Shown here: piece after piece, positions 13,285-26,160 of the stretch
Numbering within the stretch: position 1 is the stretch's first letter
How the letters are laid out: every line of letters starts with the position of its first letter
Source: Octopus bimaculoides
Taxonomy: Eukaryota
Reading direction: 5' to 3'
Length of the DNA: 64,000 bases
Assembly: GCF_001194135.2 (NCBI RefSeq)
Contig: NC_068987.1
Coordinates: 68,729,677-68,793,676 of the forward strand
Made by a program: the position numbers and the translations under genes
The notes under the pieces: generated by a model
The model's database searches: none
What the model saw: the letters and a program-made list of their open reading frames with translations, nothing else
Told to the model about the DNA's origin: nothing

Positions 13285-13649
13285 TAACTATATTCAAATA
13301 TTTTCTTTCTATTTCGTGAAGTTATTTTCTTATAAGAGGGTTTATAAATTATTTCTTCTGTATTTAAAGTAAAAATATTACTCCCCAAAAGCTGTGGCCA
13401 TTATTGGTTTCAAATTTTGGCACAAGGCCAGCAATTTCAGGGAATAATGCCATAACATGATAAACAGACTGATACTGCGACACAGTGACATTAAAATGTT
13501 GGATCTATTGCATATCACTTACAACGGTATTTCCATAGTTCAAAAAACATAAATGTCACGATATCCTATTTTTCCTTCTCTTAAAAATCTAGTCACTGAC
13601 ACGTTTATATACATCAGCCATGCAACCATACAAGTGTTTCTTTCGGACA

Positions 13650-13812
13650 ATTCTTTTCTTTCTCACTGGATTTTTTTCTCTCTGACGATGAGCTATGATC
13701 GAAACGTCACATCCACTCTTTTACCATTCTTAAACTTTCTCTGAGCGTCAACCTAATACAATTACTCCCTTTTGACTTTGTTGTTCTTCCTGTTTTTGTT
13801 TTTACTTTTCAC
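13650..13812 (+). repeat. Second copy of the hammerhead-motif repeat
   Basis: ctgacgatgagctatgatcgaaacgtc followed by gagcgtcaacctaatac...tttttgtttttacttttcact; aligns by eye to the reverse complement of 12533-12700. Confidence 0.6.
13682..13708 (+). ncRNA. Minimal hammerhead-ribozyme-like core (stem I degenerate, probably inactive)
   Basis: CUGACGA-U-GAGC uau GAUC-GAAAC-GUC. The catalytic core letters are intact, stem II has one mismatch, stem III is the palindromic ACGU, and stem I has only 1 bp. Confidence 0.45.
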
Positions 13813-13834
13813 TTGCCTATATACATACATATAG

Positions 13835-13840
<6 letters not shown>

Positions 13841-13914
<74 letters not shown>
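13841..13914. repeat. (TA)n microsatellite
   Basis: Direct reading. Confidence 0.97.
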
Positions 13915-13916
<2 letters not shown>

Positions 13917-14547
13917 GGAGTAAGCATATAAATGTGAAACAAGGTGCAAAAAAGAGTACTCAAATACCATAGGTATATATATATGTTTGTACACGCATAC
14001 ATTTATAACCGATAGAAAGAATGACTCAAGGACCGAGAGTTTCATCCATTGGTACATATCAATATACAAAACTCTCGGCCCTTGAATCACTCTGAAAGTT
14101 CTGCCGATTATTAATAAGAATGTATATATATATTGAGTTCTATTTTCCTGTTTGCATCACCAAACCTGTACGTATGTATGTATGTGTGTATTTATGTATG
14201 TATGTATGTATGTATGTGCATGTGTGTGTAGGTGTGTATGTACATATATATGTAGCATATACTCATATACGTATATGTATATACATATATATACATATTG
14301 AGAGAAAGAGTGAGAGAGAAAGAGTGAGAGGGAAAGGGGGAGAGGAACAGTGCTCCATGTGCAGATATAAGAATGGCCACCACCCGTAGGCTCAACTAGT
14401 GGAAATGTGCAGTATACGTATTTGTCTTTTCATTTGTGTACAGAGCAGCTGTTGTAGGGCGGTCGTGAAGCAGAATAATGTTCAGTAGTATAATCCAAAG
14501 CAACAAGATCAGAACGGAGATATTGAAAGAAAACGCAATGTAATAAT

Positions 14548-14550
<3 letters not shown>

Positions 14551-14614
<64 letters not shown>
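14551..14614. repeat. (AAT)n microsatellite
   Basis: Direct reading. Confidence 0.97.
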
Positions 14615-14618
<4 letters not shown>

Positions 14619-15103
14619 TAACAACAACAACCACAACAGCAACAATAATCAGTAGTGGTATGCTTAAACACTTTGCAGAAGGTGACGATGTTGGGAAGAA
14701 TAATCGATTAACTTGAAAAACTGTTTTTCTTAATGTTTAGAATTTAGAATATATTATGATTATATGTGTATGCATGTGNNNNNNNNNNNNNNNNNNNNNN
14801 NNNNNNNNNNNNNNNNNNNNNNNNNNNNNNNNNNNNNNNNNNNNNNNNNNNNNNNNNNNNNNNNNNNNNNNNNNNNNNNNNNNNNNNNNNNNNNNNNNNN
14901 NNNNNNNNNNNNNNNNNNNNNNNNNNNNNNNNNNNNNNNNNNNNNNNNNNNNNNNNNNNNNNNNNNNNNNNNNNNNNNNNNNNNNNNNNNNNNNNNNNNN
15001 NNNNNNNNNNNNNNNNNNNNNNNNNNNNNNNNNNNNNNNNNNNNNNNNNNNNNNNNNNNNNNNNNNNNNNNNNNNNNNNNNNNNNNNNNNNNNNNNNNNN
15101 NNN

Positions 15104-15164
<61 letters not shown>

Positions 15165-16090
15165 TTCTGTATATGCATGTGTGTGTGTGTATGTCTATAT
15201 GTATGTATATGCGCACACATATTAGTAGTATTAGTGAGCAAATATACCTTATCAAGCATTTCAACCGTCCTTCAATGCATTAGGTTTCCATCAAACAGTA
15301 TACGCTTTGTTTCTCATATTAATAAGGTGGGATTTGCGGTAATTTCGTTGCTATTTCTAAATGTTCTACTAACCGCGTAGAGACTCTTCTGCTGGCCTAG
15401 TTTCTTGTTTGTGTTTTCGTAAACCCTCACATCTGCTCTTATCTACAGTTCGTATAATTCGTAATGTTAATAGTGACAATAGAATTGGTTGTTCTATGCT
15501 GGCGAAATCGAACCCGAACACATAGGAAATGAGAACGACGAAAGCAACGATCTATCTGTCTATATATATATATATATATATATATNNNNNNNNNNNNNNN
15601 NNNNNNNNNNNNNNNNNNNNNNNNNNNNNNNNNNNNNNNNNNNNNNNNNNNNNNNNNNNNNNNNNNNNNNNNNNNNNNNNNNNNNNNNNNNNNNNNNNNN
15701 NNNNNNNNNNNNNNNNNNNNNNNNNNNNNNNNNNNNNNNNNNNNNNNNNNNNNNNNNNNNNNNNNNNNNNNNNNNNNNNNNNNNNNNNNNNNNNNNNNNN
15801 NNNNNNNNNNNNNNNNNNNNNNNNNNNNNNNNNNNNNNNNNNTTCACTAGTATATATTCTATCGATACCGAAGGGATAAAGGCAGAGTTGATCTCGGAGA
15901 TATTTAACCTCCCAATATAAAAATTTATGCCAAATATTTCACTCGACAATTATATCATTCTTGTTTGTATATGATGGCTGCTGTTCTGCCAAAGGTCAGT
16001 CTCATTCATTAATTCGCCCCCTTTTTCTCTTTTTTGAACTCCTCCTCCTCTCTCCTCTCATTCACTCATTCCCGCCCTCTCGCTATCTCA

Positions 16091-16150
<60 letters not shown>

Positions 16151-17207
16151 CGGAAAATAAGACAGAAAACGAGACATAACTAAACACAGAGGCAACCATC
16201 TTTGTCTATTGTACTTGTAAGTAGTTTATTTTCTTATCTATCGACCATTTAGCTAGTTTCTTTTATGATAACCGTTTGTTGCTTTAATTGTTTTTCGTCC
16301 AACTGTCTCTACCTTAGCAAGACGTGCTAAATCTCTCCCTTCCTATCTCACCTAATTCTTTCCTCCCTCTCTCCCCTCCCTCTTTCTCCTCTCCCTCTCT
16401 TTCTTTCTTTCTTTCTTTCTTTCTTCCTATATATATTTATATGCTTATCTCTCTCTATATGTGTCTGTATGTGTGAGTGAATACATACATACATACATAC
16501 GCACGCACACACACATACGCACACGCACAAACATATACATACAGGATATTTAAAGGACTGAAAGGAAGTACGTTAAATCGACTATAACTTAGGGGGGTCA
16601 TTTTTAATGTGAGAAACTATTTAATACACTAGAACACGACATAAAATCCTGGAGACACACGAAAAAATATGTAATTTTACATACGTCTTTTAGCGAAGTA
16701 GTTGGTGAGCAATTCTCCGTAGCAGTTGTAGTGAAGGATGGTGCTTTAATGGAGCCGTTTGGTGTCGCATAAAACACTTTGTAGTTTAGGTTTCAGCTCT
16801 CAACACCCTGCATTTGATTTAAAATCTAACTGCTGGAATCAACTTTACTTAATATCACCTGAACGTTGGTAAATGAAGTACCAGTCAGGAAGGGTTTTTT
16901 TTTTTTCTCATGATTGTACTTGTCGTTAAAATATCCAGTTTGCCCAAATTGCGTCGTGTTTATTTGGCGGGTTTCGTTGGGGTTACACATTTAAAGAGTA
17001 GGTTGTTTATCTAGTCGAACGAATAGATGATCACTGTCGAGATCGACGAAGAGTTCATCCAACACTTAACTACTAACTCGGTCGGGTCGCTACAATTTCC
17101 ATCTTCTTCCTAGTAACAGAACCCTCCCTTCGTTTTATCGTACACTTGTTTCTTTTATTTTTACCATACCCTCCTTTTATCGTGCACTTATTTTATCATA
17201 CACTTTT

Positions 17208-17270
17208 ATCATCATCATCATCGCTACCACAACCACCACCATGATCATCATCATCATCATCGTCACCACA

Positions 17271-17301
<31 letters not shown>

Positions 17302-17351
17302 TCATCATCGCTACCACAACCACCATCATCATCATCATCATCGCCACCACA

Positions 17352-17410
<59 letters not shown>

Positions 17411-17411
17411 G

Positions 17412-17451
<40 letters not shown>

Positions 17452-17465
17452 GCAAAAGCAGCAGC
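17208..17465. repeat. Compound (ATC)n/(ACC)n higher-order array (4 units) followed by (AGC)n
   Basis: Four units of (atc)n-g(c/t)(t/c)accacaacc(acc)n, then (agc)n. Confidence 0.93.
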
Positions 17466-18221
17466 TGTGGTACCGGCAACATTCATGAAGTGTCTCACAT
17501 CTACCTGTAAACCTACTGCCAACCGCCACCCAAGACCATTCTGCTATCAGACCGCCATTATACCAATAAATAGAAATATAGCTTTCTAAAATTTTTTTTT
17601 AAAGACGCAGAAGAAAAGAGTAAAAAAATTCAACGAAAAGATGAAAATTTTATAGAAAAAAATTTTGAACAGGGACGACTTCAACAACACAACAATAACA
17701 ACAACAACACAACAATAACAATAACAACAGCAATGCCGATGTCAGTGGCAGTTAACAGCAGCAAAGAAATAACCAGAAAAACAACAACAACAACAACAAC
17801 AACAGCAGCACCAGCAATGTTTACTACATGAAGAAGTGTGGCAGATATAATATGGCGGTGAGGTGATTGGGAGAGAAAGTTGGGTTGAAATGGAGGTAAA
17901 AAAAAAAACTAAAAAAAAAAAAACTATAGAAATCAACAAAAAGAACGAATGAAAAAAAAAAAAAAATTTCGAGAACAGAAAAAGAGAGGAATGGTTGATT
18001 CAAAAAGTAAAACGCAGGAGAAAAAAAAAAAAAAAATCTAAAAAGAGAATATTAAATGACTATAAAAAATTACAAATATGGAAGATGTTAAGATGAAAAA
18101 AAAACAAAAAGAGAATGGAAATTAGAGATGAAAAATAGAGGGAAAGCCTATAATAATTATAAAAATACTTATTAATAATATTATTATTATAATTATCATC
18201 ATCGACATCAATAATAACAAC

Positions 18222-18263
<42 letters not shown>

Positions 18264-18635
18264 GATGATGATGATGATGATCAAAAGTTAAAATTAAATT
18301 ACATTTAAGCAGTTAAAAATAAAATTTTGAAGAAACGTTGTTTAAATATGTATTTATACAGTACTAGTTAGGTTATNNNNNNNNNNNNNNNNNNNNNNNN
18401 NNNNNNNNNNNNNNNNNNNNNNNNNNNNNNNNNNNNNNNNNNNNNNNNNNNNNNNNNNNNNNNNNNNNNNNNNNNNNNNNNNNNNNNNNNNNNNNNNNNN
18501 NNNNNNNNNNNNNNGTCGTGAATGCACTTGTTAATTGATGATCGCGCAGATGACGATTATAATGATGGTGCTGGTGTTGGTGTTGGTGGTGATGATAGTG
18601 ATAATGACGAAGGTGGAAATGATCGTTATTCTAAA

Positions 18636-18822
18636 GAAGAAGGAGGAGGAGGAGGAGGAGGAGGAGGAAGAAGAAGAAGAAGAAGGAGGAGAAGAAGAAG
18701 AAGAAGAAGAAGAAGAAGAAGAAGAAGAAGAAGAAGAAGATGATGATGATGATGATAATAATGAGGATGATGATGGTGGTGGTGTTGGTGGTGGTGGCGG
18801 TGATAATGATGATGATGATGAG
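18636..18822. repeat. Compound (GAA)/(GGA)/(GAT)/(GGT) trinucleotide array
   Basis: Direct reading; explains the poly-E, poly-R and poly-L ORFs. Confidence 0.95.
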
Positions 18823-18982
18823 ACTGGGTAGAGGGGAAAGTCGATATAATAAGTACTGAAAGATAGAGAGGTATTTCAAAGCGACAAGAAGTAAATCTGA
18901 GGAAAATATGTACAGGAGTTGAAAGAGCAACATAATACAAAGTGAAGATATACTGTGGAGAGAGTTTCAGAGAACGAGTGAC

Positions 18983-19017
<35 letters not shown>

Positions 19018-19687
19018 AAAACACACACACGCTCACACACACATGCACACACGCACACCCAGAGAAGAGAGTGAGAGACAGAGATAGAGAAATACAGATA
19101 TGTCTCTGAAGAGTAAGAAAATGCTTAAAAGTTAACGACTACCTAATTGAAAAGTAACATAAATGCTTAAATCAATGTGTTATGTACATTGTGGCATCAT
19201 TTGTCATTAGTCTCGGATCGAGAAAAGCTTCGTGAAATGTGTTACGTGGAAATTATGTATGGGTTGAAGTCGAACTGATAGAGGATCAACGATGATTAAA
19301 CTTATTTTCAGCGGGCGAAGGTTCAGAAAATCTATGGACGACTATAAATGTATAAATGCACATGAATACAATATATTTTCTCTTAGTTTCTTAGTCACAA
19401 CCCTATTTCTGAACACGCCACTACTAATCAAGTGATTAATATTCGGCAGCTTCAATACTGCGGGGAGTCACTTTTTTCTTTTTTTATACATCAGAGATCA
19501 AGGAAATATACACCTATTATAATCTGCGAAATTAATATAGCATATCACAAGAATTATATTCACACAGACATATAAAGGCACATGGGTACATTTGAATATA
19601 CTAATACAGACATATATATGCATTATATATANNNNNNNNNNNNNNNNNNNNNNNNNNNNNNNNATATATATATATATATATATACAT

Positions 19688-19880
19688 ATTCTTTTATTTG
19701 CCTCAGTCATTTGACTGCGGTCATGCTGGAGTACCTCCCTTCATCGAATTATTCTTTGTAAGCATCGTCCTTATTATATCAGTCTCTTATGACGAACCGT
19801 TAAGTTACGGGGACGTTACACACCAGCATCGGTTGCCAAGCGATGGTGGGGGAACAAACATAGACACACAGACATACACA
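19688..19880 (-). mobile_element. SINE family S2, 3' module
   Basis: cagtcatttgactgcggtcatgctggag...gaaccgttaagttacggggacgttacacaccagcatcggttgccaagcgatggtggggg. Confidence 0.85.
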
Positions 19881-19999
19881 CACCCTCACACATACACACA
19901 CACACATATATAAGTACATACACATATATAAGTACATACATACATACAGACATACATACATACATGCATGTATGCATACATACATACATATATACATAT

Positions 20000-20037
<38 letters not shown>

Positions 20038-20087
20038 ACACACACACATATATACATGTAGGAGTACCCACACATAAATGCACTGGA

Positions 20088-20194
20088 GAAGAAGAAGAAG
20101 AAGAAGAAGAAGAAGAAGAAGAAGAAGAAGAAGAAGAAGAAGAAAAAGAAGAAGAAGAAGAAGAAGAAGAAGAAGAAGAAGAAGAAGAAGAAGA
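20088..20194. repeat. (GAA)n microsatellite
   Basis: Direct reading. Confidence 0.97.
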
Positions 20195-22499
20195 CTGGTA
20201 CGTTATTTATCGAAAGAACTAAAGTTCAGAACAGCAAGATTTAAATCCGAGGCGCATACACGCGCGCGCACACACGCACATGTGCACACACACATACACA
20301 CACTCTTATCTATATACAGGTGTGTGCATATATCTCTTATATGTATGTGTGTATTTTTATATGCTTATATACATATGTGCATCTATATATGCATATATAT
20401 ATGTATTTGTGTGTGTGTGTGTGTGTATGTATACATATATAAACATAAATTAGTGTGTGTATGTGTGTGTATGTGTATGAGTTTGTGTGTGCATAAAAAC
20501 AAAATAGCCATCACTGAAATCCTGAAATCATTGAAAACCTAGGACGAATGACCTATACATAAATATACATGAACCAAGCAAACACACATAAATTATACAA
20601 GACTTATACACGCATGCATACACATACACACACACACATACACATACAGAACAACAACAATACATACTCTCGCACAGAAAATGTAGATTAAACTCACGCA
20701 CAAATTATCCATTTATGCAAACAGATACATGTATAGATACACACAAATGCTGAACTCTTCACATACATGCCAAGTTATGGCATCATCAATAGATGATGAC
20801 ACACAGCAAAGTGCATTGATGCATTAGTAGAAAGATCACTGCTGGTGCAACAACCGGAATATATTAACCTCGTGTCTTTCTTGGACTGTTATATCGCAGT
20901 CTGGTGAATATTGATCAAAGACACATTTAGAAATACCTTACTTCACTTGATACGCTTTGGCTTCTCAAACCATTTGCTGGATGTTTGAAGCACTTCTGAA
21001 TTGTCCAGTCAGACATACATGACCAGAGTACGTTAGGAATATGAAGATATGATTTGGTGTCAATCAAAACTACATACAGACATGCATATATAACATGAGT
21101 ACAAGTGTGTGTATGTGCGTCTGAGTATGTGTTTGTGTGTGTACCTGTGTGCGTATGCGTGCGTGCGTATGTGTGTGTGACTGTAAAGCCGTGAAATGGA
21201 CTGTAGCTATAATTCAATGTGTCAGTCTTGTTATACCAGTCTTTGTCTCTTGGTGCTTCTGAGAGAGAATTACGTTAAAGTATCTCTCTTTTGTGAGACA
21301 CTCAGCAGCTTACCCCATATTTCATGAGTAACGATTTCAGATAATAGAACAACTGAAATACTCATTGCCGGAGACTGCAGATTCATTTACTTTTCTTTGT
21401 ATATATGTTAGGATGTGTGTGTTTCTGTGTGTATATGTTATATGCATTATTCCTCTAATGACAAATATGAAGAATACGAACGCGACATTCTGAGGCTGTA
21501 CAGTTAAACCAGCGTTGTCTCATCTAATTTGGTATCGTCCGCTAGTCTAACATTAATAGCGTTCATCTTCACATTAGCTTTGAGTTCGTAACGAAACCCT
21601 AGGCTTGTGTGGATCACTAATAAAGCACTAGTTCCTACGTGTTGACTTGTGAAACTTTGAACGAGCCACCTGGTCTATGGTTACTTTTAGCAGAGTCCAC
21701 TTTGTTGTAAACACTCGAGTTAGAATTCTACTTTAAGGATAACTTCTCTTTCGTATTGCCCATCTCGAGGGCCCTGATAAAAATCAAGACCTCTCACCTT
21801 CCTACTCTGAATAGATCATGAAAATAAGTTTTAAAATTTTGGGGAGCTTGCATACCACAAAATTTGAATTTGTAAGGTTTCTATTGAAGGAGGAGTGAGA
21901 GAAAGTGAAAGGAAACGCGTGTGAGGAAGAAAAAGAGGGAAGACAAAAACAAATAAGAAACCTTGGTATTGTCCATATCACATTATCTGACACCATTATG
22001 GCATGCATTTAAAATGCGTTATTTTCTCTAATAGATTAGTCTAATTAACTACCCTGATTTTTGCGGGTATTCGTCTTAGTGACCACAGGAATAAAGAGTT
22101 ATGATGGCATCAGTAAGACTGGAAGAGTCAAATATTATTTCTGGTTTATTTTAGACAGGATGTCAATTTTTGTAGGGAAGAAACCGACCTTACTCATATA
22201 TGACTAGTACATATTATATTAACCCACGGGAGAATGTAAAATTAATCGATACAAACAGAATAAGAACATAGAGTCCATGAGAATGAAGCTAAATACTGTT
22301 ATACATTAAATTCGGCGTTATGTTATCTCAGCAATTTCCAACACAACTTGGAACAGCCTAGTTTTCAAGATTTGGAATATTCCACTGTCTACAATCAACA
22401 CATTTACGTGTGTGCATTTATGCTTTGGTGTATGTGAGCGTATGTGTACATATATCAATGCGTACGTGTTATGGCTGTCTGTTTGTTGTGTGTGTGTGT

Positions 22500-22506
22500 T
22501 TGTGTG

Positions 22507-22558
<52 letters not shown>

Positions 22559-22691
22559 TCAGATAGATAAAGAGAAAGACAGGGAAGGGAGAGTCGAGGA
22601 GAGTGAACCGTACAAATATCCGGAGACACATACTGACTAAGTGATAGTGATAGATAGATAGATAAATAGATAGATAGACAGACAGACAGAC

Positions 22692-22755
<64 letters not shown>

Positions 22756-22756
22756 G
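22500..22756. repeat. (GT)n and (GATA/GACA)n arrays
   Basis: Direct reading. Confidence 0.93.
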
Positions 22757-23576
22757 GAGGTGGGAGAGGAAATAAATGATTCAATGCATGCACTGATAGA
22801 CTAATTCCTGTACACATTGAAGATGAAGTCTCAGAGCTGAGGCAAATAACTGACCTTATACACTTGATCAAAAATAGAAGAAAGCTACTCTTTACAAGCT
22901 CACAGAGCGCCATTCTCAGATAACCCTCCACACCAACATCGATAATGGGAGAGAACAGAAACAATAAAGAAAAGAAAGAGAAGGAGAAAGAGAGAAAGGA
23001 AGGAAAAAAGAGAAGGTAGAGTGTGAGGTAGGGATAGAGGAAGAAGAGAGAAGATTATCTCTTAGAATCTACATGTTAATCTCTTAGACAACACAAGGGA
23101 CCGAATTTGATTGCACGGATAAATGGATGATTAAATTAAAGGAATTACTTTGTCTCACTGTCTGACTAAGTTACTATATACACGGAAAAATTAATGTTGA
23201 TTTAGATGAATGCGTGGTGATATAACTCTTTAGATGAAGGCATGGTTTGTCTCTTTGAATGAGGGCGAAATGGCTGACTATGTGGTAGTAAAAGCGGAGT
23301 CAGCGAAAACTAGTGATGTTCCTTGTAGGTAAAACATAACAGAAATGATTCAAATAGTGGAGTTAATTTTATACCGCGAGGAAGAAATAACTACAGTGAA
23401 TCATTCTCCCGAAATGATGAGCTTAGTATTCTCAAACGGATTCTTACTGGAGAAAAACAACATCCCTATGATATCAGTGGTAAATCATTATCACAACGCA
23501 CACACCACACACAACACAAATACATACACACTCATATATATACACACGCACACACACACACACACGCATACATACA

Positions 23577-23649
<73 letters not shown>

Positions 23650-23953
23650 CATACACGCACATACATATCTATATATGTATATATTTATTATATATAAGTA
23701 TATATAATAATATATATATATAATATATATATATCATATATACATACATATACATACATACACACATACTCACACGCACACACACATATATAAATTGGAC
23801 TCAAGAGTGCAACGAGTGTAATGGTGTTTTACACAAAGAAAATGTCTCACTTTACTTTAAGCATATATACACATACATATACATATATGTATATGTGCAT
23901 ATGTACATATATACACACACGCACATACACATACACACACACGTTAAAGATAG

Positions 23954-23989
<36 letters not shown>

Positions 23990-25005
23990 TCATATATGTG
24001 CATACTGTCATACAAACTTACTTGCATGTATACGCTCTTCAGAGGAAATACAGAATGTTACACGTCTATTTCAGTGTTTAAAATACATGGGGTTAGAAGA
24101 AGCATATTTCTGCAACAAGTGTGCCAATTTTTTTGTACATGCGCAATAGAAATATCCCAAACCACCGAACTCTATGTGTAGATTGTCATAGCATTAACGC
24201 CAATTCATACCGACGTACAAATGCTCACTCACAAAAAGCACATACATATGCACAGACACACACACAAAAAAAACGCACTCGCAGATATATGTATATATAT
24301 ATATATATATAAATAAAAATAAAAATAAAAATAAAAATAAAAATAAAAAAATATATNNNNNNNNNNNNNNNNNNNNNNNNNNNNNNNNNNNNNNNNNNNN
24401 NNNNNNNNNNNNNNNNNNNNNNNNNNNNNNNNNNNNNNNNNNNNNNNNNNNNNNNNNNNNNNNNNNNNNNNNNNNNNNNNNNNNNNNNNNNNNNNNNNNN
24501 NNNNNNNNNNNNNNNNNNNNNNNNNNNNNNNNNNNNNNNNNNNNNNNNNNNNNNNNNNNNNNNNNNNNNNNNNNNNNNNNNNNNNNNNNNNNNNNNNNNN
24601 NNNNNNNNNNNNNNNNNNNNNNNNNNNNNNNNNNNNNNNNNNNNNNNNNNNNNNNNNNNNNNNNNNNNNNNNNNNNNNNNNNNNNNNNNNNNNNNNNNNN
24701 NNNNNNNNNNNNNNNNNNNNNNNNNNNNNNNNNNNNNNNNNNNNNNNNNNNNNNNNNNNNNNNNNNNNNNNNNNNNNNNNNNNNNNNNNNNNNNNNNNNN
24801 NNNNNNNNNNNNNNNNACTTACACATACATCTGTTGTGAAACTTCTGGTGATAAAAGCAGTAATTTTATCGATTACTCTTGAACGTGGGGGGTGCAAAAT
24901 ACACTGACAACTATGAGAATTTATAAATAGCTAAGCAAAAATACGCAAATATATGGAAATATATATATATGCGTATATATATCTGTGTATGTGTATACAC
25001 ATATG

Positions 25006-25051
<46 letters not shown>

Positions 25052-25116
25052 CATATACATTTGTATATATGTACGTATACACATATATGTATATATATAT
25101 ATATAATATATATATA

Positions 25117-25154
<38 letters not shown>

Positions 25155-25904
25155 CACACACACATATATATATATATACACATATACATATACATATATA
25201 TACATATATATATGTATGTATGTATACATCTATCTATCTATTTATCTATCTTTCTTTATCTTTATGTGTGTGTGTTTGTGTGTGTCTATTTATATTCATA
25301 CAGTCAAAACCTTTATATAATTATGTGCATGCATTTGTGTGTGGAAACTTATGTCTATATGCATATAGATGCATTTACCCACAATGAGGCATAATCATCA
25401 ACACACTGTTGCAACTAACCAAGGACGACAGCAAACTATGTATCATCTTGTTGAAATCTTATATCGGTTTAAAAAACTAAATAATAAAATATATATGATT
25501 ACAAATATATCGCCAGATCATTCCCATATGGCATGACGCAGCTGTTTCGAATCATACGAACACCGTTCTCCACAGAGAAGCAAATCTATATTAAGCACTC
25601 AAGCAACAAGGGGTATTTATTCGATAGCTGACAGATGTCGTTTAATCTTCGTCCAGAAAGATTTGTTGAATTGGCTCATCGCACATATACTGATAACTAC
25701 CTGTACATGGAGATCTATGTTTATGCGTCTGCGTGTACACTTACATGCTAACAACCATATTATATGCACACACAGACACACACAAAAGCAGATACATATA
25801 TCTGTACACACTTACACACACACAAGCACATACACATATATTGTATGTTCGATACATGCCATAGAGAACGCTTTCTTGAAACTGAACCTGGGGGTCTCTT
25901 TCAC

Positions 25905-25935
25905 GTCTCGAGTTTCACGCTACTGCAATCTTCAG
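25905..25935 (-). ncRNA. Decayed minimal hammerhead-like motif
   Basis: The minus strand reads CUGAAGA-uugc agua gcgu-GAAAC UCGA GAC. Core CUGANGA and GAAA are intact and stem III is palindromic (CUCGAG), but U16.1 is A and the first stem II pair is U-U. Confidence 0.4.
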
Positions 25936-25944
25936 ATATGTACT

Positions 25945-25956
25945 ATCTATCTATCA

Positions 25957-26019
<63 letters not shown>

Positions 26020-26029
26020 CCTCTGTCTA

Positions 26030-26076
<47 letters not shown>

Positions 26077-26160
26077 CTCTATCTATCTATCTTTCTATTT
26101 ATCTATCTATTAATCTATCTGTCTGTCTATCTGTCTATCTATCTGTCCGTCTGTCTGTCT
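25945..26160. repeat. (TCTA)/(TCTG)n compound array
   Basis: Direct reading. Confidence 0.95.

Noticed and set aside
16560-16900. Possible Tc1/mariner-derived MITE fragment
   Set aside because: I could not identify paired terminal inverted repeats or a TA duplication.
17208-17490. Poly-His/poly-Gln reading frame resembling a transcription-factor low-complexity region
   Set aside because: It has no ATG or splice acceptor, and similar compound triplet arrays recur throughout the window.
22800-22925. IPVHIEDEVSELRQITDLIHLIKNRRKLLF, faintly like an RTE-LINE C-terminal region
   Set aside because: The diagnostic RW(F/Y)GH motif is absent and the similarity is not convincing.
25535-25575. Minus-strand ctgtgga...ttcGAAACAGCUGcguc
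   Set aside because: The ACAGCUG palindrome is suggestive, but the core, stem I and stem II are all defective.
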